This document shows, piece by piece, positions 13,618-28,576 of a DNA stretch of 64,000 nucleotides (position 1 is its first letter; each line of letters begins with the position of its first letter). Below the pieces are notes generated by a model. The model was not told the origin of the DNA, ran no database searches, and worked only from the letters and a program-made list of their open reading frames with translations. Source of the stretch: Candidatus Latescibacterota bacterium. Lineage in GTDB: Bacteria > Latescibacterota > UBA2968 > UBA8231. The position numbers were made by a program, and so were the translations under genes. The stretch is from assembly GCA_965248355.1 (NCBI GenBank), contig OZ252098.1, positions 1,216,001 to 1,280,000 on the forward strand, read 5' to 3'.

Positions 13618-15714
13618 CTATGCCTTGGCTTCCTGGGTACCGCGAATCCGGGTGAAGATTTCGTCCATCACCGAGCGGGAGACCTCGCGGAAGTTGGCAA
13701 ACTGAAGGGTGAACACACCGCGCCCCTGGGTGAGGGAACGCAGTCGCGTGGCATATCCGAAAGTCTCTGCCAGCGGCACCTTGGCGCTGATCACCTGCGC
13801 GTCGGAGCGAGGATTGATGCCCGCCACATCGGCGCGGTGGGCATTGAGGTCGCCGATGACATCTCCGAGGTATTGCTCGGGCACGACGACCTCCAGATCC
13901 ATGATCGGCTCCATGAGGAAGGGGTGGGCCTTGGAGGCGCCATCCTTGAAGGCCATGGAGCCGGCCACCTTGAAGGCTATCTCCGAGGAGTCGACCTCGT
14001 GGAAGGAACCGTCCAGGAGCTGTACCCGCACGTCGTCGATGGGGTAGCCGGCCACCGGACCGTTCAGCATGGCCTCCTGGATGCCTTCCTTCACCGCAGG
14101 GATGTACTCTCGAGGCACGGCGCCCCCGACGATCTTGTTCTCGAAAATCAGGCCCGTCCCGGGCTCACCCGGATCCAGCTGGAGCTCGACGTGGCCGTAC
14201 TGGCCGCGCCCCCCCGACTGCCGGACGAACCGGCCCGAGGACCGCACGGAGCCGCGCAGGCCCTCCTTGTAGGCCACCTGCGGACGACCGACGTTGGCCT
14301 CGACCTTGAATTCGCGGAACAGGCGATCCACCAGGATCTCCAGGTGCAGTTCGCCCATGCCGGAGATCACCGTCTGGGCCGTCTCCGGATCAACCCGCAC
14401 CTGGAAGGTCGGATCCTCTTCGGCTAGCTTGGACAGGGCCCCCTGAAGGGATTCCTGATCGGCGCGGGTCTTCGGCTCGATGGCCACATGAACGACCGGT
14501 TTGTCGAACTCGATCTTCTCGAGGACCACCGGGTCCGCCTCATCGCACAGGGTGTCCCCCGTGGTGGTGTTCTTCAAGCCCACGACGGCGACGATGTCAC
14601 CGGCGTGCACCTCCCTCTTCTCAGTGCGATCATTGGCGTGCATCTCGAGAAGGCGGGAGGCCCGCTCCCGGCGGCCGGTGCTGACGTTGTAGACGTAGGT
14701 GCCGGCCCCGAGGGTGCCGGAATAGACCCGGATGAAGGACAGGCGACCCACGAAGGGGTCGGTCATGATCTTGAAAGCCAGAGCCGAGAACGGCTCTTCG
14801 TCGCGGGCCTGGCGCTCCACCTGCTCCTCGGAGTCGGGCCGATGCCCGGTGACGGCGGGAACGTCCGCCGGCGAGGGCAGATAGTCGACGACCGCGTCGA
14901 GCAGCCGCTGCACGCCCTTGTAGCGGAAGGCGGAGCCGCAGGTGACAGGCACCGCCCGGAGGGCGATGGTCGCCTTGCGCAGGGCGGCCATGATCTCCTC
15001 CGGTGCGATCTCGCCGCCCTCGAGGAACTTCTCCAGGAGTCCGTCGTCGAAGTCGGCCACGGCCTCCAGGAGATTCTCGCGGTACTGGAGGGCGGGCTCC
15101 AGGAGATCTTCGGGGATCTGGTCCTCGTGGAAGTTGGCCCCCAGAGAGGTTTCCTCGTAGGTGATCGCCCGCATGGAGACCAGATCGATGAGGCCGTTGA
15201 AGGTCTCGCCCGTACCGATGGGAAGCTGAATGGGAACGAAGTTGCTCCCCAGGCGCTCCTCGAGCATCTCCAGGACGCGGAAGAAGTCGGCCCCGTTGCG
15301 ATCCATCTTGTTGACGAAGGCGATGCGCGGAACCTCGTAACGGTCGGCCTGCCGCCAGACCGTCTCCGACTGAGGCTCCACTCCGCCCACGGCACAGAAC
15401 ACTCCCACGGCGCCGTCAAGGACGCGCAGGGAGCGCTCTACCTCGGCCGTGAAGTCCACGTGCCCCGGGGTATCGATGATGTTGATGCGGTGGCCGTTCC
15501 ACTCGCAGGCCGTGGCTGCCGAGGTGATCGTAATCCCCCGCTCGCGCTCCTGGTCCATCCAGTCCATGACCGTGTTGCCGTCATGGACCTCTCCCATGCG
15601 GTGCAGGCGGCCCGTGTAGTACAGAATGCGCTCGGTCGTCGTCGTCTTGCCCGCGTCGATATGGGCGGCGATGCCGATGTTGCGCGTCAGGTCGATACGG
15701 TGGGGGCGGGCCAT
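13618..15714 (-). CDS. fusA: Elongation factor G
   Basis: [29 protein letters not shown]. Confidence 0.99.
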   Translation of the reverse strand: MARPHRIDLTRNIGIAAHIDAGKTTTTERILYYTGRLHRMGEVHDGNTVMDWMDQERERGITITSAATACEWNGHRINIIDTPGHVDFTAEVERSLRVLDGAVGVFCAVGGVEPQSETVWRQADRYEVPRIAFVNKMDRNGADFFRVLEMLEERLGSNFVPIQLPIGTGETFNGLIDLVSMRAITYEETSLGANFHEDQIPEDLLEPALQYRENLLEAVADFDDGLLEKFLEGGEIAPEEIMAALRKATIALRAVPVTCGSAFRYKGVQRLLDAVVDYLPSPADVPAVTGHRPDSEEQVERQARDEEPFSALAFKIMTDPFVGRLSFIRVYSGTLGAGTYVYNVSTGRRERASRLLEMHANDRTEKREVHAGDIVAVVGLKNTTTGDTLCDEADPVVLEKIEFDKPVVHVAIEPKTRADQESLQGALSKLAEEDPTFQVRVDPETAQTVISGMGELHLEILVDRLFREFKVEANVGRPQVAYKEGLRGSVRSSGRFVRQSGGRGQYGHVELQLDPGEPGTGLIFENKIVGGAVPREYIPAVKEGIQEAMLNGPVAGYPIDDVRVQLLDGSFHEVDSSEIAFKVAGSMAFKDGASKAHPFLMEPIMDLEVVVPEQYLGDVIGDLNAHRADVAGINPRSDAQVISAKVPLAETFGYATRLRSLTQGRGVFTLQFANFREVSRSVMDEIFTRIRGTQEAKA

Positions 15715-15788
15715 GAGGGCAGCGGGTCGGATTCGGGGGATGGGAGGGGGATCGAATCGAAGAGAGAGTCAGCTCGGCGAGACGGTCG

Positions 15789-16259
15789 CTAAAACCGGTA
15801 GTGCGCGAAGGCCTTGTTGGCCTCCGCCATTCGGTGCACGTCGTCACGGGCGCGTATGGCGCCGCCCTCGCCGTTGGCTGCGGCAATCAACTCGTTGGCG
15901 AGGCGCTCGGCCATGGTGCGCTCGGAGCGCTCACGGGCGTAACGGATCAACCACTTGATCGAGCGCGTGGTACGTTCCTCGGGGCGCACCTCGAGTGGCA
16001 CCTGGAGGGTCTGCGAACCGACGCGGCGGGACTTGGTGATGACCATTGGCTTGCAGTTCTCGACCGCCTTGAGAAAGATGTCGAGCCCCTGCTGCTCGGA
16101 ACGGCCGGTGACCATGTCGATGGCAGAGTAGAAGATCTGTTCCGCCGTGCTCTTCTTGCCCTGCTTCATCAGGCAATTGATGAACCGCGTCGCCAGAGGA
16201 TTGTGATACTTGGGATCCGGGAGGATCTGGCGCTTCACCGCGCGGCGTCTGCGAGACAT
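15789..16259 (-). CDS. rpsG: 30S ribosomal protein S7
   Basis: MSRRRRAVKR from ATG 16259; GKKSTAE; HRMAEANKAFAHYRF. Confidence 0.97.
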   Translation of the reverse strand: MSRRRRAVKRQILPDPKYHNPLATRFINCLMKQGKKSTAEQIFYSAIDMVTGRSEQQGLDIFLKAVENCKPMVITKSRRVGSQTLQVPLEVRPEERTTRSIKWLIRYARERSERTMAERLANELIAAANGEGGAIRARDDVHRMAEANKAFAHYRF

Positions 16260-16270
16260 GGGGGCCCTGC

Positions 16271-16645
16271 CTATCCCTGGCCCCGGCGGGCGCCGTACTT
16301 CGACCGCCCCTGCTTGCGCTCGGCTACGCCGCTGGCGTCGAGGACGCCGCGGATGATGTGGTAGCGCACCCCCGGCACGTCCTGCAGGCGCCCGCCCCGA
16401 ACCAGGACGATGGAGTGTTCCTGGAGGTTGTTGCCCTCGCCGGGGATGTAGGCCGTGACCTCCTGACCGGTGGTCAGCCGTACGCGGGCCATCTTCCGCA
16501 GGGCGGAATTGGGCTTCTTCGGGGTCGTCGTGTAGACGCGCGTGCAGACCCCGCGCCGCTGAGGACATCCTCTCAGGGCCGGGGAGTCGGTTCGCGACTT
16601 GGCCTTGCGGCGCCCCTTGCGGACTAGCTGGCTGATTGTGGGCAA
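16271..16645 (-). CDS. rpsL: 30S ribosomal protein S12 (TTG start)
   Basis: [28 protein letters not shown]. Confidence 0.98.
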   Translation of the reverse strand: MPTISQLVRKGRRKAKSRTDSPALRGCPQRRGVCTRVYTTTPKKPNSALRKMARVRLTTGQEVTAYIPGEGNNLQEHSIVLVRGGRLQDVPGVRYHIIRGVLDASGVAERKQGRSKYGARRGQG

Positions 16646-16756
16646 GAACGGAACCCCGGGTTGACTTGCGTGACAATTCCTTCGGCGAGAAGCGCTTGCG
16701 GCTGGCCGCCTGAGCGGGGCTCAAGGAGCTGCATCGCCAAATTACGACAGTCTTAG

Positions 16757-16785
16757 ATTATAGGTATTGGGCCACGGATCGTCAA
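16757..16785 (-). promoter_or_regulatory. sigma70-type promoter of the str-S10-spc-alpha block
   Basis: TTGACG-17 nt-TATAAT on the minus strand upstream of rpsL. Confidence 0.85.
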
Positions 16786-16815
16786 CACCACAAGATGTGG
16801 CGGGATCGTCGACGT

Positions 16816-20910
<4,095 letters not shown>

Positions 20911-20949
20911 ATCCCTCTCATGCTCGAGTGCGGTGGTTTTCCGTGCGTC

Positions 20950-23900
20950 TCAGTACGTCTCGACAGCCAGGCTGTCTTCCAAGATCACGTCCAGGCAGAG
21001 GCTCTGGAGCTCCTTGACGAGGACGTTGAAGGATTCGGGGATGCCCGGCTCGGGAGGGTTTTCCCCCTTGACGATGGCTTCGTAGATCTTCGAGCGGCCA
21101 GCCACGTCGTCGGACTTCACCGTGAGCATCTCCTGCAGTGTGTAGGCCGAACCGTAGGCTTCCAGGGCCCACACCTCCATCTCGCCGAACCGCTGACCGC
21201 CGAACTGCGCCTTTCCACCCAGCGGCTGCTGGGTCACCAGCGAGTAGGGGCCGATGGAACGGGCGTGGATCTTGTCGGACACGAGGTGGGTGAGCTTCAG
21301 CATGTAGATGTAACCCACCGTGACCCGCTTCTCCAGCTCCTGACCGGAGCGGCCGTCGTGCAGTACGGCCTTGCCGTCCTCCGCCAGGCCGGCCTGTCGC
21401 AACATCCCCATGACCTCGTCGTGCGTGGCGCCGTCGAAGACAGGCGTCGCCAAGTGCAGACCGAGCTCCCTGGCCGCCCATCCGAGGTGGGTCTCGAAGA
21501 TCTGGCCGAGGTTCATGCGCGACGGGACCCCCAGGGGATTGAGAACCATGTCCACGGGCGTGCCGTCCTCGAGATAGGGCATGTCCTCCTCGGGGACGAT
21601 GGCGGCTACGACACCCTTGTTGCCGTGGCGCCCCGCCATCTTGTCGCCCACTGACAACTTGCGCTTCTTGGCGATGTAGACCTTGACGAGCTGGATGATA
21701 CCCGGGGGCAGCTCGTCGCCCCGGGAGAGGCGCTCCACCTGGCGTTCCGTCTGCTCCTGCACGAGCTGAATCTGCTCGCTGGCGTAGCGCAGGAGCTCGT
21801 CCACCTTCGCGTCGATGGCTGGCCGGTCACACCAGCTCTCCTCGGGCTCGAGGGAGCTGAAGTCGATGCGCTCGAGGAGACGCTCGCTGATCTGAGTCCC
21901 CTGACGCACGGCGACGCTGCCGTCTTCCTTGCTGCACAAGGATCCGAGCTTGCTGTCGCCGAGCAATTCCATGAGCTGCCGATCGCGCTCCCTCCGGAGG
22001 GCCTCGCTCCGGGCCTCGGCCTCGGCTCGCAACTCCGAAATCGACTCCTTCTCCTCCTTTATCGCCTCGCCCCGGTTCTTGCGGGAGAACACCTTTCGGC
22101 CGATGACGACCCCCTCCATGCCCGGCGGGGCCTTCAGGGAGGCGTCCCGAACGTCTCCCGCCTTCTCCCCGAAGATGGCGCGCAACAGGCGCTCTTCGGG
22201 TGAGAGCTCGGTTTCGCCTTTCGGCGTGACCTTGCCCACGAGGATATCCCCGGGGCCGACCTCGGCGCCGATGCGGACGATGCCCTCCTCGTCGAGGTTG
22301 CGCACCGCCAGCTCGCTCACGTTCGGGATCTCGTGGGTGATCTCCTCTTGGCCGCGCTTGGTGTCGCGCACCTGGAGCTCGAACTCCTCGATATGGACCG
22401 AGGTGAACACGTCCTGGCGCAACAGACGTTCGGAGATGACGATGGCGTCCTCGAAGTTGTACCCGTTCCAAGGCATGAAGGCGCACAGGACATTCATGCC
22501 CAGGGCGAGGTCGCCGGACTCGGTGGCCGGGCCGTCGGCGATGACCTGCCCTTTCTGCACCTTGTCGCCCACCTGCACCACCGGCCGCTGGTTCATGCAG
22601 CAGTCCTGATTGGAACGGGCGAACTTGGTCAAGGAGTATTCATCGCTGTCGGCGGTGTCCAGCGGCGACAGCGGGGTGGAGCGGCGCTTGTCGCGCCGTA
22701 CGAGCACGCGCTCGGAGCTGACCGACACGACCTCGCCCGGATTGCGGGCCAGGATGACGGCGCCTGAATCGACGGCGACCTTGCGCTCCATGCCCGTACC
22801 CACGTACGGCGCCTCGGTGAACAGCAGGGGCACCGCCTGACGCTGCATGTTGGAGCCCATGAGGGCCCGGTTGGCGTCGTCGTGCTCCAGGAAGGGGATC
22901 AGGGCGGCCGCCGCGCTCACCAACTGTTTCGGGGAGACGTCCATGTACTGGCACTCCTCGGGCGTCACCATTGGGTAGTCATCGCGCTGGCGCGCCTTGA
23001 CCAGGGCATTGACGAAGGAACCGTCCTCCTTGAGGAGCTCGTTGGCCTGGGCGATGGTGAAGCGATCCTCCTGATCGGCCGAAAGGAACTCGATCCTGTC
23101 TGTCGCCTTGCCGTCCACAACCTGGCGGTACGGCGTCTCCAGAAAACCGAACTCGTTGACACGGGCGAAGGTGCTCAAGGAGGAGATCAGGCCGATATTC
23201 GGACCTTCCGGTGTCTCGATCGGACAGATTCGGCCGTAGTGGGTGTAGTGAACGTCCCGGACCTCGAATCCGGCGCGGTCCCGGCTAAGCCCCCCCGGGC
23301 CCAGAGCGGAGAGGCGGCGTTTGTGGGTGAGCTCGTCGAGCGGATTGTTCTGCTGCATGAACTGGGACAACTGCGAGGAACCGAAGAAGGCCTGCACCAC
23401 GGTCGATACGGTTCGGGCGTTGACCAGGTCGTGAGGTGTGGGGCGTTCGTCGGTGTGCAGGCTCATGCGCTCGCGAATGGTACGCGCCATGCGCGTCAGG
23501 CCGCTGCTGAACTGGTTGGCCAGCAGCTCGCCCACGAGGCGGACACGTCGATTGCCGAGGTGGTCGATGTCGTCGGTAAACCCCTGCCCCATGCGCAGCT
23601 CCACCAGGTAACGCAGGATCGCCATGAAATCCTCCAGATGGAGGATCGTGCTCTGGGCGGGGACGTCGAGATCGAGACGGCGGTTGATGCGGTGACGTCC
23701 GACATCGCCCAGATTGTAGCGCTTGGGGTTGAAGAACAGGCGGTCGAGCAGGCCGCGGGCGGTCTCGATGTTGGGCGGATCACCGGGACGCAGGAGGTTG
23801 TAGATCCGGGTCAGCGCGTCTTCCTCGTTCTCGCTCGGATCCTTCTTGAGGGTGTTCTCCAGGATCCCCGGGTCATTGGGCGACGGGCCCCCCAGGAGGC

Positions 23901-24771
23901 GCACCTTCTTGAAGGGCGAGCCCTTGAGCGCCTCGAGAACCTCTTCGCTGATCTCCGTGTATCCTTCGGCGAGAATCTCTCCCGAACGCTTGTTGACCAC
24001 GTCCTCGGACCCAAGCGTCCGTCCGAGGATCTCATCGGAGATCTCCGCCTCCTCCTCTTCCCGGAAGAGGGCCATCACCTCGCCGTTGCGCGAGAAACCC
24101 ATGGCCCGCAGCAGCAGCGACACGGGCATCTTCCTGCGGCGGTCGATGTGCACGTACATGATGTCGTTGATATCAAGACTGAACTCGAGCCAGGGACCCT
24201 TGGAAGGCAGAATGCGGGCCGAGAACAGCCGCTTGCCGTTGGGGTGCAGGGTCTCGTCGAAGAACACGCCCGGAGAACGGTGCAACTGACTGACGACGAC
24301 ACGTTCGGCCCCGTTGATGACGAAGGTGCCCTCCTCGGTCATGATGGGCAGTTCCCCGAGAAAGACGGACTGCTCAACCACGTCCTTCACGGGCTTGTCG
24401 GGACTCTCCTTGTCCCGCGTGACCAGCCGCAGTGTGGCGCGCAGGGGCGCGGCGAAGGTCATGCCCCGCTCGCGGCACTCCTCAACACTGTACCTCGGGT
24501 TGCCGCAGGAATAGTCGACGTACTCGAGGGAGTAGATGCCGTGGACATCCGAGATGGGAAAGATGCTCTCGAAGACCAAGTGGAGGCCGCGACGCTGTCG
24601 GCGCTGCGGGGGTGTTTCGAGTTGCAGAAACGACTTGTAGGACTCGATCTGAACTTCGAGGAGGTTGGGCATCGGCACGATCTCGGCGATCTTGCCGAAG
24701 GAACGCCGCTCGATGCTCCCGCTGCAGCTTGCCACCCCGTCCCCGTTCGTGCTGGGCATTGTTGCGCTCAA
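20950..24771 (-). CDS. rpoB: RNA polymerase beta subunit
   Basis: [26 protein letters not shown]; start placed at TTG 24771, 8 nt after AAGGAG (alternatives 24780, 24759). Confidence 0.98.
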   Translation of the reverse strand: MSATMPSTNGDGVASCSGSIERRSFGKIAEIVPMPNLLEVQIESYKSFLQLETPPQRRQRRGLHLVFESIFPISDVHGIYSLEYVDYSCGNPRYSVEECRERGMTFAAPLRATLRLVTRDKESPDKPVKDVVEQSVFLGELPIMTEEGTFVINGAERVVVSQLHRSPGVFFDETLHPNGKRLFSARILPSKGPWLEFSLDINDIMYVHIDRRRKMPVSLLLRAMGFSRNGEVMALFREEEEAEISDEILGRTLGSEDVVNKRSGEILAEGYTEISEEVLEALKGSPFKKVRLLGGPSPNDPGILENTLKKDPSENEEDALTRIYNLLRPGDPPNIETARGLLDRLFFNPKRYNLGDVGRHRINRRLDLDVPAQSTILHLEDFMAILRYLVELRMGQGFTDDIDHLGNRRVRLVGELLANQFSSGLTRMARTIRERMSLHTDERPTPHDLVNARTVSTVVQAFFGSSQLSQFMQQNNPLDELTHKRRLSALGPGGLSRDRAGFEVRDVHYTHYGRICPIETPEGPNIGLISSLSTFARVNEFGFLETPYRQVVDGKATDRIEFLSADQEDRFTIAQANELLKEDGSFVNALVKARQRDDYPMVTPEECQYMDVSPKQLVSAAAALIPFLEHDDANRALMGSNMQRQAVPLLFTEAPYVGTGMERKVAVDSGAVILARNPGEVVSVSSERVLVRRDKRRSTPLSPLDTADSDEYSLTKFARSNQDCCMNQRPVVQVGDKVQKGQVIADGPATESGDLALGMNVLCAFMPWNGYNFEDAIVISERLLRQDVFTSVHIEEFELQVRDTKRGQEEITHEIPNVSELAVRNLDEEGIVRIGAEVGPGDILVGKVTPKGETELSPEERLLRAIFGEKAGDVRDASLKAPPGMEGVVIGRKVFSRKNRGEAIKEEKESISELRAEAEARSEALRRERDRQLMELLGDSKLGSLCSKEDGSVAVRQGTQISERLLERIDFSSLEPEESWCDRPAIDAKVDELLRYASEQIQLVQEQTERQVERLSRGDELPPGIIQLVKVYIAKKRKLSVGDKMAGRHGNKGVVAAIVPEEDMPYLEDGTPVDMVLNPLGVPSRMNLGQIFETHLGWAARELGLHLATPVFDGATHDEVMGMLRQAGLAEDGKAVLHDGRSGQELEKRVTVGYIYMLKLTHLVSDKIHARSIGPYSLVTQQPLGGKAQFGGQRFGEMEVWALEAYGSAYTLQEMLTVKSDDVAGRSKIYEAIVKGENPPEPGIPESFNVLVKELQSLCLDVILEDSLAVETY

Positions 24772-24995
24772 GGCCTGCACTCCTTCTTGTGCCGGTTCGG
24801 CAAGGCGGTCAGGGCCTGCCGCGATTCATGCGCGAGATCACGGATGCCCGCCCTGATCGAGGGGCATGCGTAAACCGGCGCTTCAAGGGTTGAAAAATCG
24901 ATTGGGAATGAGCCTGTACCGGCGCCGCCCGGGCCGGGCCAGCGTGGACCCCTCGACCGACAAGCCGGTCGGAAGGCAGCCGTGGAAGACGGCTG

Positions 24996-25403
24996 TCACT
25001 TGATTTCGACAGTGGCTCCCGCCTCGGTCAATTTGGCCTGGATCTCCTCTGCCTCCTGCTTGGGCACAGCTTCCTTAACCGCCTTGGGCGCCTCGTCGAC
25101 CAAGGCCTTGGCCTCCTTGAGCCCCAGGCTCGTGATCTCGCGAACCACCTTGATCACCTGGATCTTCTTGTCGCCCGCGCTCGTGAGGACGACATCGAAC
25201 TCGACCTGCTCCTCCACCGCCTCGCCGCCCTCGCCGCCGCCGGGCACCACCCCGGCCATCATGACCGGAGCCGCGGCCGAAACACCGAACCTGTCCTCCA
25301 GAGCCTTGACCAGCTCGGCCAGCTCGAGTACGGTCAGGCCGCCGATGGTCTCGATGATCTCGCCCACCTTGGGGCTGACGCTGACTTCCTGTTCCTCGCT
25401 CAT
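24996..25403 (-). CDS. rplL: 50S ribosomal protein L7/L12
   Basis: [28 protein letters not shown]. Confidence 0.98.
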   Translation of the reverse strand: MSEEQEVSVSPKVGEIIETIGGLTVLELAELVKALEDRFGVSAAAPVMMAGVVPGGGEGGEAVEEQVEFDVVLTSAGDKKIQVIKVVREITSLGLKEAKALVDEAPKAVKEAVPKQEAEEIQAKLTEAGATVEIK

Positions 25404-25460
25404 GGCTTTCTTGTCCTCCGCATGGTTTCTTGCTCGTTTCGAGAATCGAATCAGGAGCCT

Positions 25461-26000
25461 TCAGGACCCGGTGCCGGCATCGGCCTCCGATCGTTGCTCA
25501 GCGATCGCCGAGAGGGCGGCCACCAGACTTCGCAGCAGTCCGTTGAGAACCGCCGACAGCCCATAGAGCGGCGCCTGGACGGAGCCGACCACCTGGCCTA
25601 TCAACCCCTCGCGGGAAGGCAGCTTGGCCAATTGCGCCACGGCCTCGGCCGTCAGGATCTGTCCGTCCACCAGGCCTGTCTTGATGGCCAGCTTGCCGCC
25701 CCTGTCGATGAACTCCTGCAGGATCTTCGCCGGAGCCACGGGGTCGTCATGGGCAAAGGCCATCGCCGTGGGACCTTCGAGGTACTGCTCCAGGCCCTCC
25801 AGCCCGGCGTCGCTGGCAGCCCTCTTGGCCAGGCGGTTCTTCACCACCTGATACTCGACCCCGGCCCCCCGAAGGGACCGTCGCAAACGCGTGACGGCGG
25901 CCACGTCGACGCCATGGAAATCGGCGAGGAAGATGGCCTCGGCCTGGGCCATCTTCCTCGCCAGGCCACTGACGGTCTCGGTCTTCTCTGCCGTCGGCAT
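25461..26000 (-). CDS. rplJ: 50S ribosomal protein L10
   Basis: MPTAEK from ATG 26000; VVKNRLAKRA, GPTAMAF, LAKLPSRE. Confidence 0.97.
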   Translation of the reverse strand: MPTAEKTETVSGLARKMAQAEAIFLADFHGVDVAAVTRLRRSLRGAGVEYQVVKNRLAKRAASDAGLEGLEQYLEGPTAMAFAHDDPVAPAKILQEFIDRGGKLAIKTGLVDGQILTAEAVAQLAKLPSREGLIGQVVGSVQAPLYGLSAVLNGLLRSLVAALSAIAEQRSEADAGTGS

Positions 26001-26001
26001 G

Positions 26002-26703
26002 TCAGGCCGCCAAGGCCGATGGGTCGATGCGGATACCCGGCCCCATGGTCGACGACAGCACGGCCTTCCGGATGAACTGGCCCTTCGCCGCCGAGGGCCT
26101 GGCCCGCAGGATGGCGTCGGAGAAAGCACGGGCGTTCTCCACGAGAGCTGCGGTTTCGAAAGAAACCTTGCCGATGGGCGCCTGGGCGTTGTTGCCGGAC
26201 TTGCTGTCAGCCCGAAACTCGACACGCCCCGCCTTGGCCTCCCTCACCGCCTGAGTGATCTCGCGCGTCACCGTCCCGGTCTTAGGATTGGGCATCATTC
26301 CCCGGGGACCGAGGATGCGGCCCAAGCGGCCCACTTGACCCATCATGTCGGGAGAAGCGATGACGAGATCGAAGTCGAGCCAGCCTTTCTGGATCTTCTC
26401 GATCAGGTCGTCCCCGCCCACGTGGTCGGCACCGGCCTCCTGAGCCTGGGTCACGAGTTCGCCCTGGGTGATGACCACCACTTGGATCTCCTTGCCCGTC
26501 CCGTGGGGCAACATGACCGTGCCGCGGATGGCCTGCTCCGCCTGGCGCCCGTCGATGCCCAGGTGAAAGCCGAGCTCCACGGTTTCATCGTACCTGCGCT
26601 GCGGGAAGGACTTGAGCATGCCCACGGCCTCTTCGAGAGAGAGGGACCCGGTCTTGTCGTATTTCTCTACGGATTCAAGGTATTTTCGGCTCTTCCTGCC
26701 CAT
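26002..26703 (-). CDS. rplA: 50S ribosomal protein L1
   Basis: LPHGTGK, LGPRGMMPNPKTGTVT, SSTMGPG. Confidence 0.98.
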   Translation of the reverse strand: MGRKSRKYLESVEKYDKTGSLSLEEAVGMLKSFPQRRYDETVELGFHLGIDGRQAEQAIRGTVMLPHGTGKEIQVVVITQGELVTQAQEAGADHVGGDDLIEKIQKGWLDFDLVIASPDMMGQVGRLGRILGPRGMMPNPKTGTVTREITQAVREAKAGRVEFRADSKSGNNAQAPIGKVSFETAALVENARAFSDAILRARPSAAKGQFIRKAVLSSTMGPGIRIDPSALAA

Positions 26704-26726
26704 GTGATCTCCCTTCTCCAGTTCAC

Positions 26727-27152
26727 TCAGGATTCGACGATCAGCCCCATGCTGCGCGCCGTTCCGGCGATCATCAGGGCCGCCGCTTCCACGTCGTTGG
26801 CGTTGAGATCCTCCATCTTGGCCTCGGCGATCTCGCGCAACTGGTCCGGGGTAACGGTGCCCACCTTGTCACGGTTGGGCACGCCCGATCCCTTGTCGAT
26901 CCCCGCCGCGCGCTTGAGCAACGTCGACGCTGGCGGCGTCTTGGTGATAAAGCTGAAGCTGCGGTCGGCGAAGACGGTGATGACCACCGGAATCAGGAGG
27001 CCCTGCTTGTCCTGGGTCTGGGCGTTGAAGGCCTTGCAGAACTCCATGATGTTCACGCCGTGCTGACCCAGGGCGGGACCTACGGGCGGCGTGGGGTTTG
27101 CAGAGCCCCCGGGGATCTGCAGCTTGATCTGGGCCAATTCCTTCTTCGCCAT
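26727..27152 (-). CDS. rplK: 50S ribosomal protein L11
   Basis: [32 protein letters not shown]. Confidence 0.98.
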   Translation of the reverse strand: MAKKELAQIKLQIPGGSANPTPPVGPALGQHGVNIMEFCKAFNAQTQDKQGLLIPVVITVFADRSFSFITKTPPASTLLKRAAGIDKGSGVPNRDKVGTVTPDQLREIAEAKMEDLNANDVEAAALMIAGTARSMGLIVES

Positions 27153-27184
27153 GGATTCGCTCTCCCGTGTTCGAGGCCGTCCCC

Positions 27185-27733
27185 TCAGGTGGTGACGCTC
27201 TCGTCCACCGCCTCCACCTGAAGGACGTCGAGTTCGACCGGCGTTCCACGGCCGAAGATGCTCACCACGATCTTCAGCCTCCGCTTCTCGGGAATGACCT
27301 CCTGCACCGTGCCTATGAAGTCCTTGAAGGCGCCGTCCACGACCTTCACCTGATCTCCGGCCATGTAGGGGATCTCATCGACTTCCTGTGCCTTGCGTCG
27401 ATCGGCGTGGCCCAGGATGTGGTCGACCTCCTCCTGGGTCAGGGGCTGCGGTTTGCGGGCGGGGCCGACGAAGTTGGTAACACCCGGCACGTTGGTCACC
27501 ATGTGCCAAGCGTCCTTGCTCATCTCCATCTCCACCAAGACGTAGCTGGGCAGAAAGCGCCTCTTGGAAACCGTCTTCTTGCCGCCACGCATCTCCACCA
27601 CTTCCTCCGTCGGCACGACGACCTTGGCGATGGCGCCGTCGGCGACGCCCTGCTGGATAAGGGTTTCCAGGTAGGTCTTGACCTTGTTCTCGTGCCCGGA
27701 ATAGGTATGGAGTGCGTACCACCGTTCGGCCAT
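27185..27733 (-). CDS. nusG: Transcription termination/antitermination factor NusG
   Basis: [25 protein letters not shown] domain, [10 protein letters not shown]. Confidence 0.97.
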   Translation of the reverse strand: MAERWYALHTYSGHENKVKTYLETLIQQGVADGAIAKVVVPTEEVVEMRGGKKTVSKRRFLPSYVLVEMEMSKDAWHMVTNVPGVTNFVGPARKPQPLTQEEVDHILGHADRRKAQEVDEIPYMAGDQVKVVDGAFKDFIGTVQEVIPEKRRLKIVVSIFGRGTPVELDVLQVEAVDESVTT

Positions 27734-27760
27734 GGCTGCGATCTTCCGCTTTCTCAATCG

Positions 27761-27949
27761 CTACAAGACGATGAGGATGGACCGGATGTAGGACAGAACC
27801 AGGTCGAAAAGGCCGATGAAGATCGCGAAGGCGATGGAGAACACGACTACCACCGTCGTGGAGTTCACCAGTTCCTCCCGGGTGGGCCAGATGACCCGGG
27901 CGAACTCGCCACGCACTTCGGTCAGGAAGCCTGTCAGCTTGTCGAACAT
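27761..27949 (-). CDS. secE: Preprotein translocase subunit SecE
   Basis: EVRGEFARVIWPTREEL plus one TM helix; between tRNA-Trp and nusG. Confidence 0.95.
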   Translation of the reverse strand: MFDKLTGFLTEVRGEFARVIWPTREELVNSTTVVVVFSIAFAIFIGLFDLVLSYIRSILIVL

Positions 27950-28000
27950 CCAGAGTCCAGATCCCTGTACGGTCCCCTAGTTCCCCCGCTTGATGATCTT

Positions 28001-28077
28001 TGGCAGGCCCGGCAGGACTTGAACCTGCAACCGCCGGTTTTGGAGACCGGTGCTCTACCAAATTGAGCTACAGGCCT
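28001..28077 (-). tRNA. tRNA-Trp (CCA)
   Basis: Cloverleaf AGGCCTG...CCGGT-CTCCAAA-ACCGG...TTCAAGT...CGGGCCT-G-CCA. Confidence 0.97.
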
Positions 28078-28228
28078 ACCGCGTCTCCCGGTGCAAGGTC
28101 TGCCGCCCGCAGTGGGCGCAGTATTTCCTGTACTCCACCCGGTCCGGATGGGTTCGGCGGTTCTTCGTAGCCGAGTAGTTGCGACGGCTACACACCTCGC
28201 ACTCGAGTGTGATCCGGTGCCTTGGCAT
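28076..28228 (-). CDS. rpmG: 50S ribosomal protein L33 (Zn-ribbon form)
   Basis: [23 protein letters not shown]...[16 protein letters not shown] from ATG 28228. Confidence 0.96.
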   Translation of the reverse strand: MPRHRITLECEVCSRRNYSATKNRRTHPDRVEYRKYCAHCGRQTLHRETR

Positions 28229-28264
28229 CTCGCGGCCGCAGGGCCGCGAGCGCCCTCGGGTTGC

Positions 28265-28340
<76 letters not shown>

Positions 28341-28370
28341 TCGCATGGCTTAACGTGGTTCGGCGGGAAG

Positions 28371-28447
28371 TGGAGCGGGAAACGGGACTCGAACCCGCGA
28401 CATCGAGCTTGGAAGGCTCGCGCTCTAGCCAACTGAGCTACTCCCGC
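28371..28447 (-). tRNA. tRNA-Gly (TCC)
   Basis: GCGGGAG...CGAGC-CTTCCAA-GCTCG...TTCGAGT...TTCCCGC-T-CCA. Confidence 0.97.
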
Positions 28448-28516
28448 CCTCCATCTGCCCGCCGCCGGGCGTCAAGGCTCGGGCTGCCGTAAGTGCCCGC
28501 CGGATACAGACTTGAG

Positions 28517-28545
28517 AAGATACAGCTGGTTGGCGTAGGTGTCAA
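28517..28545 (-). promoter_or_regulatory. sigma70-type promoter of the tRNA-rpmG-secE-nusG-rplKAJL block
   Basis: TTGACA-17 nt-TATCTT. Confidence 0.8.
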
Positions 28546-28576
28546 CCCCTGCCACGGGCCCCTCGACGGCTGCGAT

